From the NCBI GenBank assembly GCA_023269675.1, contig JAHFSX010000003.1, positions 255,018-319,017 on the forward strand: DNA of 64,000 nt, in the 5' to 3' direction. Source of the DNA: Verrucomicrobiota bacterium (GTDB lineage: Bacteria; Verrucomicrobiota; Kiritimatiellia; RFP12; UBA1067). The notes beneath the pieces are model-generated. The model did not search any database. It was not told where the DNA came from and saw only the letters and a program-made list of their open reading frames with translations. A program made the translations under genes and the position numbers. Below, piece by piece: positions 38,530 to 48,590 of the stretch. Every line of letters starts with the position of its first letter. The first letter of the stretch is position 1.

Positions 38530-39846
38530 GTGAGAAAAGAGTTTGGAATTGTGTTGGGCCTGGCGCTGGCTCTGACGGCTGCGGCACAGGAAGGGGGGCT
38601 TCCCGATGTCGCGCCGCAAGCGGGCTGGGATACGTTGCCGCCGGTGACCGCGGCCCCGGGGGATTGGCCGTGGTGGCGCGGGCCGAATTTCGACAATGTC
38701 GCGCCCGCGGGACAGAAACCGCCGGTGGCGTGGGGCGCGGACTCGAATATCGTGTGGCGCGTGCGGCTACCGGGCGTGGGACACTCCTCGCCGTGCGTGG
38801 TCGGCGACCGGATCTACATCACGTCCGGAGAGAAGACGCAAGCGCAATCAGCCGTGTGGCTCTTTTGCCTGGAGCGGGCCACCGGCAAGACGGTGTGGCA
38901 GACCGAACTCTACAAGGGCGCCACACCGAGAATGCACCCTGACAATGCGCTCGCCTCGGCCACCCCCGCCTGCGACGGCGAGCGCGTGTTTGTGCCGGTT
39001 CAGAGCAACACGTCGGTCATTACGGTGGCGGTGGGTTTGGACGGCAAGGTGCTGTGGAATCAGACGGTCGCGCCGTACAACACGATCCAGGGATACTCGG
39101 CCTCGCTGACCTTTTACAAGTCGGCGGTGATCGTGCCGGTCGAGGGGCCGAAGGGCTGCTATCTGACGGCGCTGCACCGGGGATCCGGCGCAGTGGTGTG
39201 GCGCAAGGCTCTCCGTTCGGTCGTCGAGAGCTACGCTCCCGCGCTGGTCAGGCATGTGGCGGGGCGCGATCAGCTGCTGCTGATCGGCGGCACGAGCACG
39301 CGCGCCTACGATCCCGAAAACGGCGCGCTGCTGTGGGAGTGCGAGGGACCTGCGAGGACCTGCGTGGCGACGCCGGTTGCCGACCGCGACACGGTCTATG
39401 CGACCGGCGGGTATCCGGGGCGGAATTTCATCGCCATCCGCGCCGACGGCGCGGGCAATGTGACGAAAAGCCATCTGACGTGGTCAGGAGACGCCAAGGC
39501 GGGCTATGTGCCGTCGCCGGTGTTTGACGAGGGATTGTTGTATGCGGTCGCCGACCAGGGGCTGATGCGCTGTTACGAGGCGGCCGACGGCCGCGTGCTT
39601 TGGGAGCGGGACTTCAAGGCCCCGTTCTATTCGTCGCCGACCTTGGCGGGAAACGCCCTTTATGTGTTCGACCGCAAAGGCAAAGGATACGTCGTGCCGA
39701 CCGGTCGCGCGGCCGGTACGATACTGACGAACGAACTGCCTTCCGGCGTGTTCGCCACACCGGTGATTCTGGAAGGGCGCATCTATCTGCGGACACTGGG
39801 CGATTTCTTGTGCATCGGCGAGAAGCCGCTCAGCCAGACAAGGTGA
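38530..39846 (+). CDS. PQQ-like beta-propeller repeat protein (PVC-expanded BamB-like family)
   Basis: Signal peptide; DWPWWRGP, GHSSP, ASATP, YSSP, GRIYLRT. Confidence 0.9.
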   Translation: MRKEFGIVLGLALALTAAAQEGGLPDVAPQAGWDTLPPVTAAPGDWPWWRGPNFDNVAPAGQKPPVAWGADSNIVWRVRLPGVGHSSPCVVGDRIYITSGEKTQAQSAVWLFCLERATGKTVWQTELYKGATPRMHPDNALASATPACDGERVFVPVQSNTSVITVAVGLDGKVLWNQTVAPYNTIQGYSASLTFYKSAVIVPVEGPKGCYLTALHRGSGAVVWRKALRSVVESYAPALVRHVAGRDQLLLIGGTSTRAYDPENGALLWECEGPARTCVATPVADRDTVYATGGYPGRNFIAIRADGAGNVTKSHLTWSGDAKAGYVPSPVFDEGLLYAVADQGLMRCYEAADGRVLWERDFKAPFYSSPTLAGNALYVFDRKGKGYVVPTGRAAGTILTNELPSGVFATPVILEGRIYLRTLGDFLCIGEKPLSQTR

Positions 39847-39976
39847 ATATCGTCAACTGCAGAGCCAGCAGATTAAAAAACGTTTCTCATGCGCACCCTG
39901 TTTGATTTCTGACTCATCATCGGGGCCCCCTTTTTGACAGGTCACCTGTGGCGAAGCCGACGCTCTTCTCCGGAAG

Positions 39977-42841
39977 CTACGGAAGCTCTAGCGGAGCGTC
40001 TTCCGTCAGTTCGATCGTCTTGCTGTTGCCGCACAGGTCCAGCACGCTGAGTTTGAGCGTTTTTTCCTGACCGGGGGCGGGGTCGCCGAAAAGGTCCGCA
40101 TACTTGCCCAGGTCTGTCCTGAACTTGCCTTTGAAAGCGGCCTGCACCGTTTGGGTAACATCCTTGCCGGCCGGTTCGACGCGCGTGTCGGTCGCGTAAA
40201 CGCGGAGGCGCAGCGCCGTGGCGTCGCAGACGTAACTCCCGTTGTTGCCGATCGCTAGGTCGACGTTTCTTCCCAGATCGCCGGGGTTGATCCGAACGAC
40301 GAACTCCGAGTTGCGGGTATGGCTTGTCGTTCCTTCCGATCCCCGCGTGAGGACGTTGAGAACCACCGGGGTCTGGTCATCTTTCCAGTTAACGGCTTTC
40401 AATGAAACGCCATTGCCGCCGCGATTGGTCAGCTTCTTTCCAGAGATCACGATGCCTTTGCCGGAAAGCTGCGGGCCTGGCGACCAGCGAATCACGTTAT
40501 AGCTGGCGAGATCGGCGATCGGATGTGTCAGCAGATACTGCTTCCGCTCGTTCGCCGGGATAACCCGGTCGAACAATTCCTTTGTGTAGTGCTGCCCCCA
40601 GTTTTTCTCCATGTTCTCCGCAGGCAGGTAGTCGGCGAAAAAGCCCAGCGCGTTGCCGCCTTGCAGACCGTAAGCGTATCCCAGCGGACAGCCGTCAACT
40701 TTGAAGCTGGAATTCAGCTGCGTCTTGTCTGTCTCTTTGGCGGTGGACAACAGACCGTCGTTCCGGCAGTTGAAGAGCGACCACGAGCCCGATTTCGACG
40801 TGTCCGGGAACGCAGCCGGCACATCCGGCTTGGCCTGAGGATTCCGGTAATCGGCCGCCAGATCGGCAACCGGCTCACCCTCGGCAGCGAACAGTTCCTT
40901 CCAGCTGCGATCACTTTTGGGGCCGTACCACGCGAACGTGATCTCGCCATTGGCCGACTTGCGGGGCTCTGAAAGCAATTCGTCGTCCATGATGCGTAGC
41001 GGCCGCGTATCAGCGAGGTCCGGGACCTTGAAATAGACGTCGATGCCGTCGGGATCGACGAATTCCGTCAGAACGACATCGACCGGCTCACCTGTGCGTT
41101 CGGGGTTCGTCCATGCCTTGACGATGACCTTCTGCCCGTCGGGGCGGATTCTGTCGTCAGGAACCGGGTTCCCGATGCTGGCCGGATCGAGAACCAGCTC
41201 ACGCGGGCTCGGGCACTTTGTGAGCACAGCCGCGTTCAGTTTGTCGCTGAACGTGAACAGGACCGGTCCGCGCAAAAGGGCGACCCGGCCGTCCTGAATC
41301 ATCCGGCCTCGGACGAAACGCCAGGTCATCGGCATGGACAAGGACAGCGCATCGCCGGATTTCCAAACCCGTTTGACGGTGGCGTAGCCGAGTTCGGATG
41401 TGTTCAGCGGGAAAGGCACATTGCACACGGAACTCGTCATGTTTTCCGCCCAGCGCGGGGTGCGGAACATGAACGCGAACTCGACCGGCTCTGAGCACGT
41501 GAACGACAGTTTGACCTCGCCGGAATTCGGGTATGAGGTTTCCTGTTTGATCGTAACGGTCTTGCCGTTGACATCGAAGGTCTTGTCAGATCGTGTGAAC
41601 AGGTTCAGCGCGATGCCGTTGTCCGGGGTACGGTAGTACACCTTCTGCGGCAGTTCGGCTACCGCGCGTCGGAAGTTCCCGTTGCAGCAAAAGGTATCGA
41701 TCGTCTGAAAATGCCGCTTCCCCGTAAACGGCGTGAAGTAGCAGATGCGGCGGCCGTCCGGTGCCTGTGCCGCGAACAGGGCGTTGTAGATCGTCCGCTC
41801 CATGATGTCCCCGTACCGCAGGTCGCCTTCCAGCCGCATGAGGCTGTCAACCCAGCGGAGCAGGTAGGCCGAGACGCAGGATTCTTCGACAGCCCCCGAA
41901 CCATCCTGATTGTACGTGAAGTGCTCCCCCTGGGAGGTTGAGCCGGTAACCAGCAGCCCGCCGTGTCCCCGCTCGAACAACTCCTGCTTCATCCACAGAC
42001 TTTTCTTGAGGTAGTCCTCGCCGCCGAGCAACCGATACAGCTCCGTGTCGGGGTACATGTGCGACAGCATCACGTAGACATGGTAGCGGGACTGCGCGAT
42101 GTTCTTCTCCCAGGCGTCATACGGTTTCAGGTAGTACCAGTGCGGCTCATATTGCAGCTGCCTGGCGAACTCGAGATATCTCCGCTCTCCAGTCACGCGA
42201 TACAGCTCGACGAACCCTTCCGTGATTCCCGCAATGGAGGTTCCGGCGGGAATGATATGTTCTCCATCCCTATTGGCGGGGAACATCCGCATGATGTAGT
42301 CCGCCATGATCTTCGCGTCCGCCAGGGCCTGGGTGTTCCCCGTCACCCGGTAGTTCCGCACCAGCGCCAGGTTGAGGTACTCCTGCTCGTGGAGGATCCA
42401 ATTGACAACGTTCTGGTGGTTGTTCGATTCGACGTTCCAGAAACCTTGGTATCCGTCCGGATCGCGCGCGCTCCGCAGCTGATCCATGATGTGCTGGGCG
42501 CGTTCGGCCACTTTCGGCTCGCCGGTGTATTGCGCAAACAGGCTGCCCGCGTCCAGAACCTTGCCGATGCCGTAGTACACGTTGCATTTGTCCCCGCGCG
42601 CGGTCCGGTTCCGAAACTTGTCCAGCCAGTCCCGGTCCAGGTCGAGAACCATGTAGTTCTTGTCGATCAAGTCCATGATGCGCCGGTCGAGTTCACCCCC
42701 CGTCATTTCCCGGTGAGTGAGCCTTGCCGCAATCAGCTTGTCGCCCATGATCGGCTTGACGACATCCCGTTCGCCCAGAGCCAGTGCGCCTGTCGCGGAA
42801 ACGAGCATTACGAGGGTGAAGAACCGTCGGAGGTGTTGCAT
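39977..42841 (-). CDS. GH127/GH146-like beta-L-arabinofuranosidase with C-terminal accessory domains
   Basis: EESCVSAY and FCCNGN Zn/Cys catalytic motifs, MERTIYNAL, QETSYP, RGPVLF; signal peptide from MQHLRR. Confidence 0.88.
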   Translation of the reverse strand: MQHLRRFFTLVMLVSATGALALGERDVVKPIMGDKLIAARLTHREMTGGELDRRIMDLIDKNYMVLDLDRDWLDKFRNRTARGDKCNVYYGIGKVLDAGSLFAQYTGEPKVAERAQHIMDQLRSARDPDGYQGFWNVESNNHQNVVNWILHEQEYLNLALVRNYRVTGNTQALADAKIMADYIMRMFPANRDGEHIIPAGTSIAGITEGFVELYRVTGERRYLEFARQLQYEPHWYYLKPYDAWEKNIAQSRYHVYVMLSHMYPDTELYRLLGGEDYLKKSLWMKQELFERGHGGLLVTGSTSQGEHFTYNQDGSGAVEESCVSAYLLRWVDSLMRLEGDLRYGDIMERTIYNALFAAQAPDGRRICYFTPFTGKRHFQTIDTFCCNGNFRRAVAELPQKVYYRTPDNGIALNLFTRSDKTFDVNGKTVTIKQETSYPNSGEVKLSFTCSEPVEFAFMFRTPRWAENMTSSVCNVPFPLNTSELGYATVKRVWKSGDALSLSMPMTWRFVRGRMIQDGRVALLRGPVLFTFSDKLNAAVLTKCPSPRELVLDPASIGNPVPDDRIRPDGQKVIVKAWTNPERTGEPVDVVLTEFVDPDGIDVYFKVPDLADTRPLRIMDDELLSEPRKSANGEITFAWYGPKSDRSWKELFAAEGEPVADLAADYRNPQAKPDVPAAFPDTSKSGSWSLFNCRNDGLLSTAKETDKTQLNSSFKVDGCPLGYAYGLQGGNALGFFADYLPAENMEKNWGQHYTKELFDRVIPANERKQYLLTHPIADLASYNVIRWSPGPQLSGKGIVISGKKLTNRGGNGVSLKAVNWKDDQTPVVLNVLTRGSEGTTSHTRNSEFVVRINPGDLGRNVDLAIGNNGSYVCDATALRLRVYATDTRVEPAGKDVTQTVQAAFKGKFRTDLGKYADLFGDPAPGQEKTLKLSVLDLCGNSKTIELTEDAPLELP

Positions 42842-42851
42842 AGGGCCCTTT

Positions 42852-45800
42852 CTATTTGTATCCCAGAACGTCGAGCTGTCGGTCAAAACCGGGAGGCAGC
42901 GGCGCGGGCGGTTTCTCTGTGTCGCGTGCCGCATAGCGCAGAAGGTTGAGTAAGAGGCGTCCGGCGGCGGGATGGCTCGCCAGGTTCTCGCGGATGCGCA
43001 GGGTGTTCAGAACGAAGCTGCCCGCGCCGAGGTTGTAGACCGAAACCATCAGCCCCGAATCGTAATCTTGCGAGGCTTTAACCGCGCCTGCAACGGCTTC
43101 GGACGGGGGCTCCTGGCCAGAGAACACCAGATCGGGGATCAGCTCGCGGTAGCAGGTATAGTCCATCAGCCCGCCCGACGGGAGCCCCTCGAAGATCGGA
43201 TGAGCCTTCGACCACTCATCCTTGAGGTAGAGCCAGCCGCGGATCGGTTTCGCCGTGCCTTTGTTCGCCAGCGGCAGCCAGGCGGTCGGCTGGTCGCCCT
43301 GCGCGAACACTTCGGGTGAAAGAAAGACGACGGTGGCGCCTGAAGCGATCCGCTTAGCGAGCTCGCGGAAGGCCGCGGCGCCGCCGGGTGCGGGCGGTTT
43401 CGGCGCGGCGAGAATCACCTCGCGCTTCGCCGGGGCAACGGACGCGAACGGTCGCGTGCGGACGCCGCGATCACTGAGCCATTTTGCCGTCGCGGCGTCG
43501 TCGCCCCACAGGACCACTTCGGACGTCACGGACGGCAGGTCGGCCGGATCGCTCACGTGGAATGTCGCAGATCCGCCCGCCGCGGCCGCGCCGCGCTCGA
43601 AGGTGGCCAGGAAGCGGTATTCGCCTGCAGGGCCGTCGATGGCAACGTCTTCAGAGAACCAGAGTTTTGCGAAGGGCGGTTCGTTCGTTCCGCTGTTGCG
43701 CGGGGGAATCGTCACCGTGAGCGTGCGCTCCATCGCGCGGGTCATGCGGGGGCCGATCACCTGCAGCCGCACGGGATAGTCGCCGGGTGCGAGGACATCC
43801 TCGTTCGCAAGCACCGCTTCCAGATGGACTTTTCCGCCCTTGGCGATGTGGGCGGGTTCGGCGAACAGGCACCAGCGCAGCGGATACCAGCCGTCGAAGA
43901 TCGCGTCGATCGTGCCGGGCTTCAGCTCACGGAACAGCGTGGTGAGGCCTTCGCCGCACAGCACATGGTCGGTCGCGCCGGTCAGGTTGTGGGCGACAAT
44001 GTTCGGATTCGAGCGGATCGCGTTGAGGCACAGGGTTCGCTGTCCGGCCATTTTTTTGAGGCTCTCCATAAAGAAATCCTCGGGGCGGGCGAACGTCTCA
44101 TCCAGGCGCCACGCCTTCCAGTCGGACAGGAAGCGGTCGAGCTTGTCGCGCAGATACTGGGCATCCTCGGAGCCCTCGGCCTTCTCCTGTTCGAAGTGTC
44201 GCGCCGCGCGCCACAGGTCGACCGCGCTGCCGATGCCGTATTCGGAAAAGAAAAGCGGCTGGCCGTTGGTGCCGGTGCGCGTGCGCACGTTGTTGATCCC
44301 GCCGGCCGTGCAGGGCACACGCGGGTAGTCGTGCTGGTCGCTCAGCGTGTGCTCCCAGACAGGCGAGCCGGGGTTCGACAGCGTGCCGACCGGAAGATCG
44401 AGGGGATTCTGCTTCCCATAGGCGACAAACGTCGGGGCGACGAGCGTCGCCAGCTTTCCGTATGTCCAGACGCCGTTCGGATTCTTTGCGTCCGAAAAGT
44501 CTGCGGCGGCATCGTAGGTCGTGCCGGCCATGTTGACGAAGAGGTTGAGACCGGTCGTGTCGCCGCCATAGTTTCCGTTGCCCGTGCCGACGGCGAAGTC
44601 GAGCGTATCTCCCTTCGAGATGTTGATCTTCTGCGCAAATACTGCCGCGTTCGGACGGCTCTCCAGATTCAAAAGCGACGTGAAGATCGAACGGCCGTTG
44701 TGAAGGATGTGAATGTCCGTCGTGGCACGTGAGGCGAGACCGGTGAACGCGCCGTCGAGCTCGGCCGTGCCGGATCGGGGGGCTGTCCAGCGGACCGTGC
44801 TGAGTTCGTTGGCGGGACCGGGATGGAGGGCCAGGTGGCCGGATGGCCATGTGATGCCCACCGTGCAGATCGTCGACGTCGTGGCATTGAGAGCCACCCA
44901 CGGTTCTCCGGAGCCGTCCTGAGGCCAAATGCGGAAACCCGTGGCCTGTCCGATCTTGTTTTGGACCGGATGGAGATCCCAGCGCCCGCTGTTCAATATG
45001 ACCATCCGGTCCGGATCGAGTTTACGTATCATCGGCAACATGACGGCAGCATGCCTGAAGGTCGGCCCGTCTTTCGTTTCGTTCAGGAGGCCCCAGGTGA
45101 CCACGCTCGGATGGTTGCGGTCGCGCACAATCAGCTCGCTGACGGCGGCGTCAAAGCGCTCGGCCATCTTGGGCGAGGCCGCGATGGGCCATGCGGCATA
45201 GGACTCCTCGTAAACCATCAGTCCGATCTCGTCGCAAAGGGCCAACTGCATCGGCGTGGCCGCGCCCCAGATGAAGCGCACCATGTTGAAGCCCATGACC
45301 TTCAGGTTCAGCAGGTCGCGCCGCAGCATATCCGGGTCACGCGCGAACTGGAGCCCGACGGGGAAGTGGTTGCAGGTGTGGGTGCTTTTCAGATAGAGCC
45401 GGTGCCCGTTGAGCCGGAAGTAGCCGTCGGCGAAGCGGAAATCGCGGAATCCGCAACGCACGGATCGCTCGGCGAATTCACCGGAGCCGGCGACGGCGAT
45501 GCGGGCGGTGACGCGGTACAGATAGGGGTCGTTCAGGTTCCAGAGGCGCGGGTTGCTGATCGGCAGGTCGGCTTCGACCTGCGAAGACCCGGCGGGCAAG
45601 TCGCGGTCGAGGGTGACCGTCGCCGTGGTTTCGCCGCTGCGGGCCGAGGAGACCGTAAGGGCGACCGTTGCCTTTTGAAGGGCGGTGGTCGCATTGCGCA
45701 CGCCGAGCTGGACACGGATCCTGCCCGCGTCCACGCTGGACGTGGCAGCCGCGAAGAGATCCTCCAGATAGACGGGAGGAACGCAGAGCAGCTCTACGCT

Positions 45801-46385
45801 TTCCGTGATGCCGCCGTGATTGTAGCTGCCGCCGGCAACGTAGTTCGCCCCGCCCTCTTTGCAGCGCCTGGCCGTTTCGCTGAGGCGGATGCCGTCGATG
45901 GGCGCTTCGGTCGGGTTGAGTACGCGCACGGTCAGGCGGTTGACTTGGCCCGGCTTGACGGCCGCTGTGACATCGAGCGAGAAGGGCGTCTCGCCGCCCT
46001 CGTGTCCGCCCACCGGAGCGCCGTTGAGCCAGACCTCGGCCAGATAGTCCACCTGCCAGAAGCGGAGCAGCGTGCGTCCGGCTGCATACGGAGTGGCCGG
46101 CGCCGTGAAGTCGCGCGAATACCAAGCCACGCCATGATAGGCCGGGAATGTCTCCTGAATGATCCACGGCACCTTGGCCGGTTTCGCGCCTTCGCCCGGC
46201 AGTTTCTCGAACCACTTCTGTTCGCGCCCGACGTTCCCCGGGTCGGTGGCCAGCGACCAGACCCCGTCGAGCGGCAGAACAGTGGCGGCGGCCTGTCCGG
46301 CTTGGGCAAACCCCGTCGAAACCGAAGCCGACATGAAAACGCAAAGGCCCCCGAACGATAACCGGAACAGGTGTTTTATCATCAC
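42852..46385 (-). CDS. Glycoside hydrolase family 2
   Basis: YHGVAWY, HEGGETPF, GFNMVR, RDRNHPSVVTWGLLNE, FSEYG. Confidence 0.9.
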   Translation of the reverse strand: MMIKHLFRLSFGGLCVFMSASVSTGFAQAGQAAATVLPLDGVWSLATDPGNVGREQKWFEKLPGEGAKPAKVPWIIQETFPAYHGVAWYSRDFTAPATPYAAGRTLLRFWQVDYLAEVWLNGAPVGGHEGGETPFSLDVTAAVKPGQVNRLTVRVLNPTEAPIDGIRLSETARRCKEGGANYVAGGSYNHGGITESVELLCVPPVYLEDLFAAATSSVDAGRIRVQLGVRNATTALQKATVALTVSSARSGETTATVTLDRDLPAGSSQVEADLPISNPRLWNLNDPYLYRVTARIAVAGSGEFAERSVRCGFRDFRFADGYFRLNGHRLYLKSTHTCNHFPVGLQFARDPDMLRRDLLNLKVMGFNMVRFIWGAATPMQLALCDEIGLMVYEESYAAWPIAASPKMAERFDAAVSELIVRDRNHPSVVTWGLLNETKDGPTFRHAAVMLPMIRKLDPDRMVILNSGRWDLHPVQNKIGQATGFRIWPQDGSGEPWVALNATTSTICTVGITWPSGHLALHPGPANELSTVRWTAPRSGTAELDGAFTGLASRATTDIHILHNGRSIFTSLLNLESRPNAAVFAQKINISKGDTLDFAVGTGNGNYGGDTTGLNLFVNMAGTTYDAAADFSDAKNPNGVWTYGKLATLVAPTFVAYGKQNPLDLPVGTLSNPGSPVWEHTLSDQHDYPRVPCTAGGINNVRTRTGTNGQPLFFSEYGIGSAVDLWRAARHFEQEKAEGSEDAQYLRDKLDRFLSDWKAWRLDETFARPEDFFMESLKKMAGQRTLCLNAIRSNPNIVAHNLTGATDHVLCGEGLTTLFRELKPGTIDAIFDGWYPLRWCLFAEPAHIAKGGKVHLEAVLANEDVLAPGDYPVRLQVIGPRMTRAMERTLTVTIPPRNSGTNEPPFAKLWFSEDVAIDGPAGEYRFLATFERGAAAAGGSATFHVSDPADLPSVTSEVVLWGDDAATAKWLSDRGVRTRPFASVAPAKREVILAAPKPPAPGGAAAFRELAKRIASGATVVFLSPEVFAQGDQPTAWLPLANKGTAKPIRGWLYLKDEWSKAHPIFEGLPSGGLMDYTCYRELIPDLVFSGQEPPSEAVAGAVKASQDYDSGLMVSVYNLGAGSFVLNTLRIRENLASHPAAGRLLLNLLRYAARDTEKPPAPLPPGFDRQLDVLGYK

Positions 46386-46480
46386 AATCCCCTCTTCGCA
46401 GACAAACGAAAAGAAACGCCACTTAAGTGAAACACTTATAAATCATTAACACTATACGCCCCATTCTATATCCGGGTAAG

Positions 46481-46518
46481 TCAAATTTGCGCAAAATAAA
46501 TATCAGAATAACGCAAAT
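46481..46518. promoter_or_regulatory. Putative XylR/AraC direct-repeat binding site
   Basis: TCAAATTTGCGCAAA / TCAGAATAACGCAAA at 22-bp period, between the divergent GH2 and regulator genes. Confidence 0.5.
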
Positions 46519-46561
46519 ACCGATTCATGCCGCTGTGCTCTTTATGGTATAAAAACGCGTT

Positions 46562-47767
46562 ATGACTCAGGTTCGAACACAAATGCCGCAGGTGGCTTTG
46601 CTGTTGCCGACATCGATCAAGACCTGCCGGGAGCTGCTCCGCGGCATCCTTCAGTTCGTCCATTTACACGGGCCGTGGGCGGTCCATATCATCGAGGGGC
46701 GCGAGGGCGAGCAGAAGCTGTTGCGCCCCGCCGCGAGGGGATATACGGGGATCATCGGGACTCTGAACGATCAGCGTTATGCCGCGCGTCTGCTGGCCGC
46801 CAATATCCCGACGATGATCGCCAACCCTTCGGATGAGGTTCTTGACCCGGCGAACCCGCTCTCACGCTTGAGCCGCATCGTGTGCGACAACCGTCCGATC
46901 GGGAAATGCGCCGCCGAGTATTTTCTCGCGCGGAAGTTCCGCGACTTCGCCTTCATTGGCGAGGTCAACAACGCATCGTGGTCGGAAGAGCGACGGGTCT
47001 CATTCTGCGAGCGCCTCATGCAGGACGGGTTTTCCTGCGTGGCTTATCCTCTGCTTTCCGCATCTGCCCGGAAGGACTTCGGCGTGGAGCAGGGGGCGCT
47101 TTGCGACTGGCTCAAGGCGCTGCCGAAACCCATCGCGGTTTTCGCCGCCAACGACGTGCGTGGGCGGCAGGTGCTCGACTCCTGCCTGAAGGCCGGTGTG
47201 GCCGTGCCGCAGAATGTGGCGGTGCTGGGCGTCGACAACGACGAGCTGCTCTGCGAGACCACCAACCCGCAGATGTCGAGCATTCAGATGAGCACCGAGC
47301 AGGCGGGGTTCGAGGCCGCCCGTGTGCTCGACGGCATGATGCGCGGCACACGGCGAGGTGTGCCCAAACAGACCGTCATCACCTACGGCTTTTCGCATCT
47401 GGTGACGCGGCATTCGACGGAAACCGTCCAGATCGCCGACGCTCTGGTGGCGCGCGCGCTGGAGTTCATCCGCATCAACGCGGGCATCATGGTGAAGGTG
47501 GACGACCTGGTGCGGCATCTGCACGCCTCGCGGCGCTCGCTGGAGACGCGCTTCAAGGCGGTGATGGGGCGCACGGTCTACGCCGAGATCATGCGTGTGC
47601 GGCTGGAGCGCGTCCAGACGCTGCTGCGCGAGACGCCCATGACGATCGAGGCGATTGCGGATACCTGCGGGTTCGCCAGCGCCAGCCACCTCGGCACGCT
47701 CTTTAAACTACACTTCGACACGACCCCCGCGGCCTACCGCCGTCAGACCCGCAAAGATTCGTCCTGA
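46562..47767 (+). CDS. XylR-type regulator (LacI-like sugar-binding domain + AraC HTH)
   Basis: LPKPIAVFAAND, VLGVDND, SRRSLETRF, CGF..TPAAYR. Confidence 0.92.
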   Translation: MTQVRTQMPQVALLLPTSIKTCRELLRGILQFVHLHGPWAVHIIEGREGEQKLLRPAARGYTGIIGTLNDQRYAARLLAANIPTMIANPSDEVLDPANPLSRLSRIVCDNRPIGKCAAEYFLARKFRDFAFIGEVNNASWSEERRVSFCERLMQDGFSCVAYPLLSASARKDFGVEQGALCDWLKALPKPIAVFAANDVRGRQVLDSCLKAGVAVPQNVAVLGVDNDELLCETTNPQMSSIQMSTEQAGFEAARVLDGMMRGTRRGVPKQTVITYGFSHLVTRHSTETVQIADALVARALEFIRINAGIMVKVDDLVRHLHASRRSLETRFKAVMGRTVYAEIMRVRLERVQTLLRETPMTIEAIADTCGFASASHLGTLFKLHFDTTPAAYRRQTRKDSS

Positions 47768-47779
47768 AGCGTCTCACAC

Positions 47780-48541
47780 CTATTTCTTCGACGCGTCCAG
47801 CTTGCCGTCGGGACCGGTTGCGGTGGCCGCGGCTTTGAGGGCGGCCGCGGCTTCGGCCGCCGACGCCGGGCCCGCGCCCAGCGCCTTTCGGACACAGTCG
47901 GCGATGGCCTTGGCCTGCATCTTCTTGGCCTCGCCTTTGAAATGGAAGGTGTCGCTCCAGTTGGCGTCGCGGTCCAAGGGGTCCATCAGCGCGAACAGGT
48001 CGTCGGTGGGGATGCCCTCTTCGGCCATCACCCGCGCCGCGATGGCGTTCAGCTCCTTGGCCTTCGCCGTCAGAGCGGGATCCTTGAGCGGAGTCGAGCT
48101 CGCCCAAAAGATTTTCGCGCCCTTGCCCTTGGCCTTGATCAGCTTGACGGATGCGCGCAGACAGGTCTCCCAGTCCTGCCGGTCGCTCGACAGGCTGTGG
48201 AGCCCGTTGTTGAAGTGCACCACCGCATAGTCGGCCTCATCGAGAAAGAAAGCCAGGGAGCGGAGGTAGCTCTTGTCGCAGACGCATTTCGAGGTCGCGA
48301 AGAAGGTGACGGAGGCTGTGCCGGCCAACTCGTTGCAGACTTCCTTGTTGTACCCGTTGCAGATCGAGTCGCCGATGAGCAATACGCGCGGTAGCTTGGT
48401 GTCGTTGGCATTGTAGGCGTATGAGGTGATCCACTCCGTGTTTTCGCGGGGATGCTCGACTTTTGTTTTGGGCTGTTCCTGCGCCCAAAGCATCGTCCCG
48501 GTTAAACACAGACCCATGACCCATGTGAAGTTCTGATACAT
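47780..48541 (-). CDS. Secreted SGNH/GDSL hydrolase
   Basis: VLLIGDSI, HFNNGLH, DTFHF. Confidence 0.88.
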   Translation of the reverse strand: MYQNFTWVMGLCLTGTMLWAQEQPKTKVEHPRENTEWITSYAYNANDTKLPRVLLIGDSICNGYNKEVCNELAGTASVTFFATSKCVCDKSYLRSLAFFLDEADYAVVHFNNGLHSLSSDRQDWETCLRASVKLIKAKGKGAKIFWASSTPLKDPALTAKAKELNAIAARVMAEEGIPTDDLFALMDPLDRDANWSDTFHFKGEAKKMQAKAIADCVRKALGAGPASAAEAAAALKAAATATGPDGKLDASKK

Positions 48542-48590
48542 TTGCGCCTATCCTTTTTTAACGGCTACCTCTGGCACTCGCTAGGGGGTA

